A stretch of 32,000 nucleotides of DNA from Telmatocola sphagniphila (GCF_018398935.1 NZ_CP074694.1:2100001-2132000); one strand, 5' to 3'. Counted from the first letter of the stretch, positions 18,979-29,200 are shown. The notes: generated from the sequence alone by a model not told the origin. Made by a program: numbers and translations.

Positions 18979-19093
18979 ATGTTTGCGGAGGGTGAAATAA
19001 TTTCACGCAGTCAAAGGTTTTTACAATTTGGAATTCTTTCAGAATATAAAGGATAACGAAATTGGAATTATTTGATTAATTTAAATAGTGAAT

Positions 19094-19229
19094 TCATATC
19101 CGTTGATCCAGTAATTTTCGAATTTGATCTGAAAGTTGCCTAGAAGTGTAAGGTTTTTGCAGAAAAGCAAATTGGGATTCTATCTCTCCATTACGAAAAT
19201 GTTCATCATTACTGTAGCCGGATAAAAAA
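19094..19229 (-). other. Out-of-frame 3' continuation encoding the missing end of the receiver domain
   Basis: Removing one T from the T6 run (A6 at 19224-19229 on the plus strand) changes the reading. It becomes 'KVLFLSGYSNDEHFRNGEIESQFAFLQKPYTSRQLSDQIRKLLDQRI*' with the stop at 19094-19096. This closely parallels the C-terminal REC of the 1,922-aa kinase ('KVLYLSGYTDD...FLAKPF'). Confidence 0.85.
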
Positions 19230-22200
19230 CAGTACTTTAATACTCGGCCGATGTTTTATTAAACGGGACACCAATTCTCTCCCACCCATATTCGGCATTA
19301 CCATGTCTGTAATCAAGAGGTGGATCATTTCTAAGCATTCAGAGGCAACTTCGAGCGCTTCCACTCCATCACCTGCTTCTAACACCCTGTATCCGCACTT
19401 TTGCAAGATATGTCTAGCCACTTTACGCACCGAAACATCATCTTCGACGAGAAGAATTCTTTCTTTGTGCCCAGCAGAGGGGCTAAATTCGGAATTCGAA
19501 GCTTCATCGGATGGAGTCGCCTCAACCCAAGGCAGATAAATTTTGAATCGGGAGCCTTTGGTAGGTTCGCTCTCAACGAGAATCGCTCCCCCAGATTGCT
19601 CCACAATCCCGTGGACGGTGGATAATCCTAAACCTGTACCTTTACCAATTTCTTTAGTTGTGAAAAATGGTTCAAAAATCTGTTTTTTTACTTCGGGAGA
19701 CATTCCACATCCCGTATCTTCAACGATAATTTCAACCAGTTGTACTTCTTTAAGGTGTTCAGGAAAATCGAACACTATCGAGTTGGGCTGCACCCTTCGC
19801 GTCAGAAAAGTCAACATTCCTCCTTGTGGCATAGCATCTCGAGCGTTGATAGCGAGATTCATAATGACTTGATGAAGTTGTGTTGGATCGATCTTCACAA
19901 AGCATCGCATCACTTCGAGGTGAATTCGGAAAGCAATATTCTCGGGTATCAACCGTTCGAGGAGTCGTTTTGCTTCCAGGACAAACGCGTTTAAATCGAT
20001 GATCTTGGGTTGAAGGATCTGCCGCCGGCTGAAAGCCAAAAGCTGTCGAGTTAATTCTTCTGCTCGCACGCCCGCATTACTGACCTCATCGATCAAGTCT
20101 CTCTGTTCTGCCTTCAGGTTAGGATCATGTTTTAATAAAGCGCAGTAACCTAATATCACGGTGAGCAAATTATTAAAATCGTGCGCCACACCTCCCGCTA
20201 GTTTTCCGACGGCTTCCATTTTTTGAGATTGAACCAGTAACTCGCTCGTTCGGATATGTCTTTCGACTTCTTGGTGTAATTCGTAACTTCGATCTTCCAC
20301 ACACTTGGCTAGATATTTCTCCCTCAACCGCAGGCGATTAGTCCATAAGCGATGTATGGGAAAAATTAAAGTAAGGAGGCCGATTGCCGTTGAAAGAATG
20401 AACCATAAGGTCTGATAGAAGTGAGGTTCCAATTCCAGTTCGATGTTTTTGTTGGAATCCGGCCAGCTCCCATTGTTTCTACGAGCCATCACCTGAAATT
20501 CGTATTTGCCGGGAGCGAGATTGGGATACAAAGCCACTCTTCTGCTTTCTGCCGCGATCCAATCTGGGTCCACACCGATCAGGCGGTATCGAAATTGAAC
20601 TTGGTCGAGTGCTTCCAAATCAAGGCACGAATAATTAATTTCGAGGTTCCCTCCACTTGGGGGAATCTGAACTTTGTCTGAGTAAGCCAGCTTTTGGTCG
20701 TCGATTAAAAGTTGGTCAATAAAAACTTTCGGGGCAACATTTACATTGGAAAAAGTGGCCGGATTTACCACCGCAAGCCCTCTACTGGTCGGGAACCACA
20801 ATCGGCCATCTTGCGATTTACATCCTGCGGGCTGAGATCCGCCGTTGCAATCCTCGATTTTCATCCCATCTTGTCGATTGAGAATAAGAGCAGAAAGCCG
20901 AGATCCTCTGGCCAAAGAGTTTTTCTCAAGCCTAATGATCCCTCGGGAAGAACTCATCCATAAGTATTGCTGTTCCTCCAAGATCTGATAAATGGTATTG
21001 TCTAGAAGCCCATCCGCCACACTATAACAATTCCATTGACCTTGACGAAATTCACAGAGCCCAAAACTTTGGGTTCCGACGAATACCCTTTCCTGACGAT
21101 CTTCATATAGCGAGAGTATGATATTACTTGATAAGCCATCTCGAGTCGTGTACCGGGTAAATTGGCCTTGATGCTCTACCAATATTCCTCCCCCATTCGT
21201 TCCGATCCAAATATCCCCATTTGTCCGTTTGATTATCGAACGCGCATCATAAGCATTTTGAGAATCAATCTTGAAAAGAGATTGAAATTTGCCATCTTTG
21301 AATCGGCCGAATCCACCACCTCGGGTTCCTAGTAACAGACTGCCATCCGTTTCTGGTAGAATTGCCAAAACGATATTAGAAAGAAATCCGTCGGAGATCT
21401 TGTAATTCTCAAAATGGCCGTTTTTGTAACTATATAGTCCGGAAGCCGTACCGAACCACATCCCACCGTTCGAATCCTCCGCGATGGACTGGACAGTATC
21501 TAGGAATTGCCCATTCTTCAGCAGCACGGATTTCCACTGTCCCTCAGAGTAGCGGCTCAAACCTGTACTCGAACCAGCCCAAATTATCCCTTGTCGATTC
21601 TCATAGACAATCCAACAATTTGAATCCGTCAGCCCTTCCAAATCCGTGACCATGGTACATCGACCGACCGAAAGTCGTATCAAACCATCTCCCGTTCCAA
21701 TCCAAAGGTTACCCTTAGTGTCTTCGAGAATCGAGAGAATAGATTCTCCTAATGGGGAATCCTTCGGAAAATGAGCAGTGCACTTCTCTTCGTAGAATCG
21801 TAAGAGACCTTTATTTGTACCGATCCAACAATTACCATCGCAATCCTCACGAATTCCACGAATGGATAAATTGGAGAGCTGTTCCGGCGATTCTAAGAAT
21901 GCAAATTTCCCATCTTTTCCAAGGCACAGCCCGCCTCCGCGAGTTCCCACCCAAAGTATTCCCGAAGGGGATTCCGATAAGCTTAAGATGTAATCGCTAC
22001 CCTCATTCTGAAGCCGATGAGCCTGAATTTTTCCATTCTCGAGACTTACCAGACCTTTGGCAGTCCCAATCCAGACAAGATCCTGTTTTTTATCAGTGCA
22101 GAGAACTCTGCAGAAGAGGTCCGGCAGTCCATCGGAGATGCTGTAGTTCACAAAATGATCTTCGAAGTAGCAACTCAAACCAGCCGAACCACCGATCCAG

Positions 22201-22664
22201 ATTCTCCCCATTCGGTCCTTGGCCAAGGCGAAGATCTTTGAATAGCTACTCCAGTGCTCTAAATTTACTACACGAAATTTCCCTGCTTCATACCGCAAAA
22301 GTCCTTGTTCCGTAGCTATCCAGAGTCTTTGCTGATCGTCCTCAAGCAAGGAATGGATGCTGTTGCTTCGAAATTCCGAAGTGTTGATCGAATTGAATAT
22401 TTTAAAATGAGTGCCGTCGAATCGAGCGAGACCATTTTCCGTTCCGCACCAAAGAAAACCATCGACCGTTTGTTCTAGGCAATGCACTAAGTTATGCGGG
22501 AGGCCATTTTCGATCCGCCAGATGCGTGAATAATATTGCTGAGGAGAAAGTTTGGGATCGAGTGCATACAAAAGCTGCGGACAAAATAGCCAGACGAGAA
22601 GGATCATTGAATTGGCTGCTATTGAGCGAACGCTCCAGTTAGAGTGGAGAACAATCATTGACAC
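19209..22664 (-). CDS. Hybrid sensor histidine kinase (periplasmic two-component beta-propeller repeats + Y_Y_Y domain, TM, HisKA/HATPase, receiver truncated by frameshift)
   Basis: The N-terminal repeats read 'W(I/V)GT..GL..(F/Y)'. The Y_Y_Y-like segment is 'FRYRLIGVDPDWIAAESRRVALYPNLAPGKYEFQV' and the TM helix is 'LWFILSTAIGLLTLIF'. The H-box is 'GGVAHDFNNLLTVILGY'. The REC starts 'ILLVEDDVSVRK...ITDMVMPNMGG' and ends abruptly at 'KVLFFIRLQ*'. Confidence 0.9.
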   Translation of the reverse strand: MSMIVLHSNWSVRSIAANSMILLVWLFCPQLLYALDPKLSPQQYYSRIWRIENGLPHNLVHCLEQTVDGFLWCGTENGLARFDGTHFKIFNSINTSEFRSNSIHSLLEDDQQRLWIATEQGLLRYEAGKFRVVNLEHWSSYSKIFALAKDRMGRIWIGGSAGLSCYFEDHFVNYSISDGLPDLFCRVLCTDKKQDLVWIGTAKGLVSLENGKIQAHRLQNEGSDYILSLSESPSGILWVGTRGGGLCLGKDGKFAFLESPEQLSNLSIRGIREDCDGNCWIGTNKGLLRFYEEKCTAHFPKDSPLGESILSILEDTKGNLWIGTGDGLIRLSVGRCTMVTDLEGLTDSNCWIVYENRQGIIWAGSSTGLSRYSEGQWKSVLLKNGQFLDTVQSIAEDSNGGMWFGTASGLYSYKNGHFENYKISDGFLSNIVLAILPETDGSLLLGTRGGGFGRFKDGKFQSLFKIDSQNAYDARSIIKRTNGDIWIGTNGGGILVEHQGQFTRYTTRDGLSSNIILSLYEDRQERVFVGTQSFGLCEFRQGQWNCYSVADGLLDNTIYQILEEQQYLWMSSSRGIIRLEKNSLARGSRLSALILNRQDGMKIEDCNGGSQPAGCKSQDGRLWFPTSRGLAVVNPATFSNVNVAPKVFIDQLLIDDQKLAYSDKVQIPPSGGNLEINYSCLDLEALDQVQFRYRLIGVDPDWIAAESRRVALYPNLAPGKYEFQVMARRNNGSWPDSNKNIELELEPHFYQTLWFILSTAIGLLTLIFPIHRLWTNRLRLREKYLAKCVEDRSYELHQEVERHIRTSELLVQSQKMEAVGKLAGGVAHDFNNLLTVILGYCALLKHDPNLKAEQRDLIDEVSNAGVRAEELTRQLLAFSRRQILQPKIIDLNAFVLEAKRLLERLIPENIAFRIHLEVMRCFVKIDPTQLHQVIMNLAINARDAMPQGGMLTFLTRRVQPNSIVFDFPEHLKEVQLVEIIVEDTGCGMSPEVKKQIFEPFFTTKEIGKGTGLGLSTVHGIVEQSGGAILVESEPTKGSRFKIYLPWVEATPSDEASNSEFSPSAGHKERILLVEDDVSVRKVARHILQKCGYRVLEAGDGVEALEVASECLEMIHLLITDMVMPNMGGRELVSRLIKHRPSIKVLFFIRLQ

Positions 22665-23152
22665 GGGGTTCTCTTAATTGACACGACTTGATTGAAAATC
22701 TTGACTGGTCCTTCTCAGGATAAAGGGATTCGATGCGTCTGAATATTTACGATTTATTTCTTGTGGAAAGCATATCTTGAAACAATCTGAAAATCAAGCG
22801 ACAATCAGTAATATCTAGATATGAATCCGTACAAATTTGTAAGGCGCGATGGAAGTCAAAACTCGTAAGCAACTCACAGACAACAACTTACATCGAGGAA
22901 TAGGTTAAGCCGAACTTTCCCTTAGGGATTTGAGTTTCCCAGGCTCCAGTAACAGGACAGTCTCTCATATTCGGGCCTACCGCCGCTTATTAGGAGCGAG
23001 AAGGATAAGCCTCCCAAAGAATTCTTTCTTTTCCGGTTTAATTTTTCGATTTCGCGAGGCTGCCAAGCTTTCTCTTCACCCCGCGAGAATCGCCCTGATA
23101 GTCGGACGCTTCAGTAAAGGGCCTGGAACATGAACGACTGAGTAAATCACCG

Positions 23153-23452
23153 TCAATTCTGGTTCGTATTCAAGATCAAGTCAAGCGCCCAACATCCCCG
23201 GCAATGTGGTTTTGCAGCGTGCAAATGGCTCAGCTTTTCCTCCGGCCTGCAGCCCGCGCCTGGAAGCTTTTCAGCAAGTTCAACCCTGCGGTTGAATGCC
23301 TGCTCATCGTAGAGGGATTTTGCGAGATTGATGAGAGCTGCCGTTCTCCAAGCGGGATCAAAAGTGACTCTTCGAAAAGGGTTGCCGAGTACCCAGCGCA
23401 CAAGTCGAGCTTGAACCACTTCTTCCCATTCGCCGCTAGCGACCTGCTTCAT
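23153..23452 (-). CDS. Small conserved Cys/His-containing protein (99 aa), translationally coupled to the ECF sigma fusion
   Basis: An ATGA overlap at 23449-23452 joins it to the upstream stop. The product contains 'LGNPFRRVTFDPAWRTAALINLAKSLYDEQAFN...AGC...HCRGCWALDLIL'. From memory this resembles a recurrent planctomycete domain that I cannot name. Confidence 0.7.
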   Translation of the reverse strand: MKQVASGEWEEVVQARLVRWVLGNPFRRVTFDPAWRTAALINLAKSLYDEQAFNRRVELAEKLPGAGCRPEEKLSHLHAAKPHCRGCWALDLILNTNQN

Positions 23453-25857
23453 TTGACGACTTCCAGCTGGTTCAAATCATCAATGACGATCTCATACTCC
23501 ACAAGATGTCCGTAAATATTGTCGTCATGTTTGGAAATTGACCCCGTTACCCGGATCGTTTTCCCTTCGAAGTGCTTCTCGATGTTCTGTATTCCCGCCC
23601 GGTTGAATTGCCGAACCGCCTTGGCCGTCAGGACCGCCCCGAAACGCTGCAGGATGCTGTCTATTGGAGCTTTTGAACGAAGCCCGACATCCTCCGGGCC
23701 GCGACCCTTCTCGAACACCGCTTCGTCGGGAGCCTGATTGAACAGTTTCTCGTTCGTTCTGGTCACGGACTCGACTTGGAATTCGACAGGGGGCTGGCTC
23801 TTATTGAATTCCTTCATTCTTGTCGGGTCGGAGGCCGCCCGGATGGCGTCTTCAGGCGTCAGGCACTTGGTCTTTTCTTTCGCGACTGCCTGGACTTCGA
23901 GTTCCAACTTTCCTGTTCCTAGCTTACCGAATACAGAATCGACGTTATTCAGGAAACCCGACGACGAGTTTCCAATCACACGTTCGTACTGGAGGTTCAC
24001 TTTGCCAGTTCCCACGAGGAGGAACTTCTCTTTGGTCCCAGCCTTTGCTCCCTCGCCCACCGGAATAAGCTCGTAACGCATTCCGGCGGCAGCGCTCATT
24101 CGTGTTTGTAGCACGGCTTCCTTCCCCGGCTCCAGCGTTATGGTTGTCGTCCCGTGTATTCCGAGCATACTGGTTCCAAATTGAGGGATAGCCTTCCCGT
24201 TTGAGTCTGTCACGATGGGACGCTGTTCGTCCAGAAATTGAGGAATGTAATCGAACTTCAAAGTCTCCTTGCTGACATTGCGGACCCGGACGAAGAGAGT
24301 AACGATCTCACCTTGCTGATAGACCCGCTTCGCTCCGGGAGGCAAACCCAGGCCCGCTTGCAGGCCACCAGCCTCCTTGCCCCAAGCGGTGAAGGCTTCC
24401 TTATCTGGAGTCGGCTTCTGCGGCTGTTTCACTTCGAGCTCCAGCTTACCGGTACTCAGGGTCATTCCAGGACCCCCGACCCGAACATCACCCACAACGT
24501 CCTCCACCTTATACTGAATCTGGAACTTTCCGGTTCCGTAGAGGGTCCATGCGGAATTTTGCTCTCGATCCGTCTCTGGCCGAACGGCGAGTTCCAATTG
24601 AATCAGGTCCACCTCTTTGCCGGGTGCAAGAGACTTCTTCCGGATAAACCCAAATATGGAAAAACCCTGGATCGAACGGGCTTTTCCCTCGGAGTCCGTG
24701 ACGTGCGGAGGATTCTTGTAAAAATACTCGGCATTATCACGAAACCGAACGGTTTCTTTACTGTTGTTGCGTAGTCGAAGGATCAGAGTAACGCTTTCCC
24801 CGACCTGGTAAACACGCTGGTTACCAAGTCGGATGCCGAGCTGCACACCTTCGACTTCCTTGCCCCAGGCGGTGAAAGCCTCCCTCTCTTGTTTCGCTGT
24901 CAACTTTATTGGTGGCTCCGCGGCTCGCTTCGAAACGTCCTGTCCAGCCACTGTACGACTCGCAAGGAAGGTTACCCCAGTGGCTCCAAAGCCGAGAATT
25001 AGCACAAGTGCGATAGCCGCAGTCTTGAGTTTGGTAAGGAACATGGCTTTCAGCACTCCTTCCGCGATGGCGACAACCTTTCCCGAGATCACTCCTGTGG
25101 CAACCCCCGTCCCGGCCACAAAGATTGTTGCCGATTTGATTGTGGAGACCAGTAACGAGTTCGGCACGCTCGCTGATAGAACATTCTGCGCTAGCACCGT
25201 TGCCAACGCTCCTCCGGACAAAGCAATACCACGTTTGCTGAGTTGCTTCGCCAGCAGGATTCTTGCTCTTGCCAATCGGCTTGCCACCGTGCCTTCTGCA
25301 CAGCCAAGTTGTCCTGCCACTTGTTTGCGAGTCTGTCCTTCCAGGTCGCACAGGACGATCACGCTTCGATAGTGGTCCGGTAAGCGGCTCAATTCCTCGT
25401 CCAGTGCGGCTTGCAGAGAAAGCCATTCGACTTTTGGAGTCGAAATTGGTTCTGGCAGCTCTATCACTTGGCTCTCTCGCTCTTTCCTCTTGGCAATAGT
25501 CGCTCTCGCTTTCAGTGACGTTTGATAGGCCACCCCATACAGCCAGTTGGCCAACAACTCCGGGGAAGTAATCGACCCCGCTTTTCGTACAAGAACGAGG
25601 AAAGTGGCTTGAAAGGCGTCCTCAGCCGCTTGGTGATTGAACAAAATACGACGGCATACCCCCCAGACCATAGGCGCATGGCGTTCTACAAGGATTTCGA
25701 AGGCCGCCTCGTCCTGGCGACTTATGTACTGTTCCAGAAGTTTTCCATCGGTAAGCCGTGCATCATTGCGCAGAATCTGACGGATACACTGTATAACGGC
25801 GTTTCGTTGTCCCATTGCGATCCAACTTCCTTGCGAAGCATTTCGGCTCTCTACCAT
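23449..25857 (-). CDS. ECF-type sigma-70 factor fused through a TM helix to a large extracytoplasmic region
   Basis: Region 2 reads 'DEAAFEILVERHAPMVWGVCRRILFNHQAAEDAFQATFLVLVRKA'. Region 4 reads 'LPDHYRSVIVLCDLEGQTRKQVAGQLGCAEGTVASRLARARILL'. The TM helix is 'AAIALVLILGFGATGVTFLA' (aa ~279-299). It is followed by two ~160-aa repeats and a C-terminal beta-rich domain, 'GKTIRVTGSISKHDDNIYGHLVEYEIVI'. Confidence 0.88.
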   Translation of the reverse strand: MVESRNASQGSWIAMGQRNAVIQCIRQILRNDARLTDGKLLEQYISRQDEAAFEILVERHAPMVWGVCRRILFNHQAAEDAFQATFLVLVRKAGSITSPELLANWLYGVAYQTSLKARATIAKRKERESQVIELPEPISTPKVEWLSLQAALDEELSRLPDHYRSVIVLCDLEGQTRKQVAGQLGCAEGTVASRLARARILLAKQLSKRGIALSGGALATVLAQNVLSASVPNSLLVSTIKSATIFVAGTGVATGVISGKVVAIAEGVLKAMFLTKLKTAAIALVLILGFGATGVTFLASRTVAGQDVSKRAAEPPIKLTAKQEREAFTAWGKEVEGVQLGIRLGNQRVYQVGESVTLILRLRNNSKETVRFRDNAEYFYKNPPHVTDSEGKARSIQGFSIFGFIRKKSLAPGKEVDLIQLELAVRPETDREQNSAWTLYGTGKFQIQYKVEDVVGDVRVGGPGMTLSTGKLELEVKQPQKPTPDKEAFTAWGKEAGGLQAGLGLPPGAKRVYQQGEIVTLFVRVRNVSKETLKFDYIPQFLDEQRPIVTDSNGKAIPQFGTSMLGIHGTTTITLEPGKEAVLQTRMSAAAGMRYELIPVGEGAKAGTKEKFLLVGTGKVNLQYERVIGNSSSGFLNNVDSVFGKLGTGKLELEVQAVAKEKTKCLTPEDAIRAASDPTRMKEFNKSQPPVEFQVESVTRTNEKLFNQAPDEAVFEKGRGPEDVGLRSKAPIDSILQRFGAVLTAKAVRQFNRAGIQNIEKHFEGKTIRVTGSISKHDDNIYGHLVEYEIVIDDLNQLEVVK
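23890..24888 (-). repeat. Tandem duplication of a ~160-aa extracytoplasmic domain inside the ECF fusion gene
   Basis: Copy 1 (nt 24427-24888) reads 'EAFTAWGKEVEGVQLGIRLG..RVYQVGESVTLILRLRNNSKETVRF...VTDSEGKA...GTGKFQIQY...STGKLELEV'. Copy 2 (nt 23890-24402) reads 'EAFTAWGKEAGGLQAGLGLP..RVYQQGEIVTLFVRVRNVSKETLKF...VTDSNGKA...GTGKVNLQY...GTGKLELEV'. Confidence 0.85.
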
Positions 25858-26226
25858 AGTACTACCGGTAGCGGTTCAATTTGATCCATTAGTTGCCAAG
25901 ATTTTTGAAATTGAAAACCGCCCTCCCCCCGGGGACACTTTTCTCTCCTTACCGAGCGTGGCGAAGTGGATGACTCCTCTCGAGAGGACTTTAGGAAATT
26001 CTTGGGGGGTTATCGAATGCCGCATCGTTATCATCTAAGTCTTACGAAGAGCGCGATTCGGCCACCGCGACTCCATTTATCAAGCGGGAATCCCCCCGGC
26101 GACGGCTTTCTCTAGCTGGAGATTTCTGATGAAATCTACCCAAAGCCATTTTTAAAATCCGATGTTTAGTTTGAGCTTTCAGGGAAGAAGACGACCAAAA
26201 AAGTTAAAATTTTGGCATTCAGGCAG

Positions 26227-29200
26227 CTATTCCGGAATGGTCAGCTGTGGTTGCGTGGAATTCGAGGGCAGGAGCTTCTCCAGCACCGGAAGTAAAATCG
26301 CTCGAGCTTCGACATCTTCCTCCTGATCTTGCCGGAGTTGTAGAATTGCAAAAAATGACCGGCCCTTTTCGCCAAGCGAGTCAATGAGGTTTAAAGCTGC
26401 TCGACGAATTCGCGGGACTGGGTCTTCCAAGGATTCGGCCAGCACAGCCTTCCCCTCCTCAGAATCCACGTCCTGCGCGAGTAGAGCCCCCGCAGCGATT
26501 AATCGAATTTTCGGATTCGTATCCTTCAGTAATTGGCCTAGAGTGGCTCTACTGCTGCTACTGCGGGAAGCTTGGAGAGCGATCGCCACGCCTAATCGGA
26601 GTCCGTCGTCGGGATCGGAGGCACATTCGATCAGTCGTTCTACAGATTCTTCGGGCAGTTTTTCCAATCGCCCCAAGGCATGAGCGGCGTTGGCCCGAAC
26701 CTGATTCTCCGGATCGCCGAGGGCTTCGATCAATTCTGGAATGACTTCCGCGGGCAGCACGGGCATCTTCATCCAACCCGCGGAAGCGAGCTTGCGAATA
26801 TCCGGACTAGGATCGGTCAAACCGGCCGCAAACGCCTCCAAGGCCTCCGGCGGTTGAATCATTACGATCGCTCGCAGGGCCTGCTCCCGCACGCCGACTT
26901 CCCCCCCGCGCGAAGCTTTGAGTAGCGCAGGTCCCGCGGATGCCGCCACCGCACCGAATTTTCCAATCGCTTTGGCCGCATGTTCGCGAACCCAATCGTT
27001 GTCGTCGGTTTCCAGACGACGTGTGAGCGCTATGACGATTGACGACGGATCTCCTCCCAGAAGAGGCAGTACCTTCGTGACCTCGATTTTGACATCGTCA
27101 TTTGGATCGTCCAGTAATCCTAAAATTTGGGGAAGAAGCGAGGGATCTTCGATTTCTCCGAGGCGTCCAACCGCTTCAAGCGCGGCAACTCGAACTCGAG
27201 GATCCTCATCTTCAAGAAAGGGTCCCCACGAATTCCCCGCAGGAAACGGATTGCGGCTGACGAGAGAAAGCGAACGCAAGGCCAGTCCCCGTACCGACCC
27301 CTCTACATCGCGGCAAGCGCTTCGGAGGGCTTCACAGACCGGCATGGTGTCGTCCCCCATCTGCCCCAAGGCTTCGGCCGCCTTACAACGAACCCGGACG
27401 TTGACGTGGGAAAGCGAGCGAATGAGAGCTGGAATCGCTTCGTCTGCCGATCCCTTCATTTGGCCGAGCGCTTCCGCGGCTAAAGCGCTGACCCAGTTAT
27501 CCGAATCGCGGAGAGCGTGAACTAAGCTCGGCACGGCAACTTCCGCCGCCATTTCGCCCATTTTCCCGAGGGCCTCCACTGCCCGGGCTCGAACCACATC
27601 GTTTTCGTCGGACATCGCTTCCACCAGGGCCGGAGCCACCTCCAAGGCAACCTCCCCCATGGTTCCGACGGCTTGAGCCGTTTGAGCACGAACCAGATTG
27701 TCGGGATTCGATAACCCCTCAATCAACGAATCGGTGGCAGGGACGTTCAAAGTACCAATCTGGGCGATGGCTTCGGCAGCCGCGGATCGCACGGATTCCT
27801 CGGGATTTTGTAGGAGGGTAACCAAAGACAACACTTGAGAGGAAGCCGCGGCTCCCAATTGACCTAAGGCGCGGGCGGCGGTGGCCTTCAGGACCAGGCT
27901 CGCTTCGTCCAGCATTTGGCCCAGTGGCTCTACAGCTATACCTTGGGGATCGCCTAAAATCCCGATAGTCGCCGCCGCCTCGCAGCGAACCGTTTCATCG
28001 GGATCGCGAAGCAACGAAAGGAGCTTGGGGGTGACCGCTGTTGCTACTTGGGGCCCCAGGGCTCCGAGAGCTCGGACCGCTTCGATCCGGACCGCCGGTA
28101 GAGAATCGCTCAAAGCGGTTTCCAGCACGGGAAGAACCGCTTTGACGGGATCGAGGAGGGCATTTTGTGGCCGCCAACCGAAGAATGGATTTCGTTGCCC
28201 GGCATTAAATAGAAGTCTTCTTGTCGGGCGTTGAGAAGTTTGCGTATCTGAGCGAGCAATTGTCCCCAGAGCTTCGATGACGCTTTTTCTCACGAGTTCG
28301 CTCGATTCGGTTGCGAGGGGTAGCAGTTCCCGCAAGGAATTGTTCGCACGCAAAAGACCGAGGGAAGCGGCCGAGACCGCTCGGACATGTTCATGCTCAT
28401 CCCTCAGACTGAAGATTAAGGAGGGAATAGCCGATGGGCCGATTGTCGAAATGATCAAAGGAAGCTGATCCCGCTGCTCCCGCGGGAGCATGGGGACGCT
28501 TCGCAAAGAGCTCAAGAGTGGCCGAATTACGGTAGTCCCGAACTGGGGAAGTGAATTGCGCGCCCGTTGATAAATCGGTTCGTGGGGGCTCCAAAAATCC
28601 TTGATCGTTTCAGAAAGCAACCGTCCTAAACGGAGAGAAGCCAGAATCTGCTGCAGGAGTACCAGAGTGAAAAAGCTCTTGAAGGCGAGCAACGGTAATG
28701 TGGCTGGCCAAGAAACCGCACTCACATATTCCAAACGCAGGATATGTCGGCTGTTGGCTAGATTCAAAACGTCGACCACGCGCAGAAGATTCAATAATGT
28801 GCTGACAAAAAAATCGAGTAGGACGGCGGGTCCCTGATCACTCCTTAACTCATACCAAGAATGTCCCCCGCTGTTATATAATCCCAGATTGAACAGCGCG
28901 AAGCCGCCGATGGTCCCGATGGTCGCGCAGATGAGCAAGGGAATGCCTACTTGATGGCCGTAGCTGATCAGGTGGAAGGCGAGATCTTGTCCCTTCAGTG
29001 GGTTGTGAACGGCTTTGTAACCGCGTTCCACCTCGTACCGTTCCAGGTCGATGAACATGTAAGCCAGACAGGAAGTCCCGCCCATGAACAGCACGGTGAG
29101 AGAGCATAAAAGGGTTCCCATTTCCCATCGCGTGGAAAGCTCGTTGCCTACCAAGATTAAAGTGATCGTCAAAAGCAAGAAAATTGGCCAGGAAGCCCAA

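Noticed and set aside
18992-19006. Short perfect palindromes: GTGAAAT-A-ATTTCAC (18992-19006), GCACTT-T-AAGTGC (29565-29577), CAGGAA-A-TTCCTG (14401-14413) and CCCTGCAGGG (14475-14484).
   Set aside because: Arms of 5-7 bp are expected several times by chance in 32 kb (about 1 per 4^6 to 4^7 positions). No shared motif links them, and the spacing does not fit a CRP/FNR-type site.
24821-25426. 201-aa minus-strand and 179-aa plus-strand ORFs inside the ECF fusion gene.
   Set aside because: They are alternative frames of a gene with clear sigma-70 region 2/4 motifs. They are Arg/Ser/Gly-rich and without motifs.
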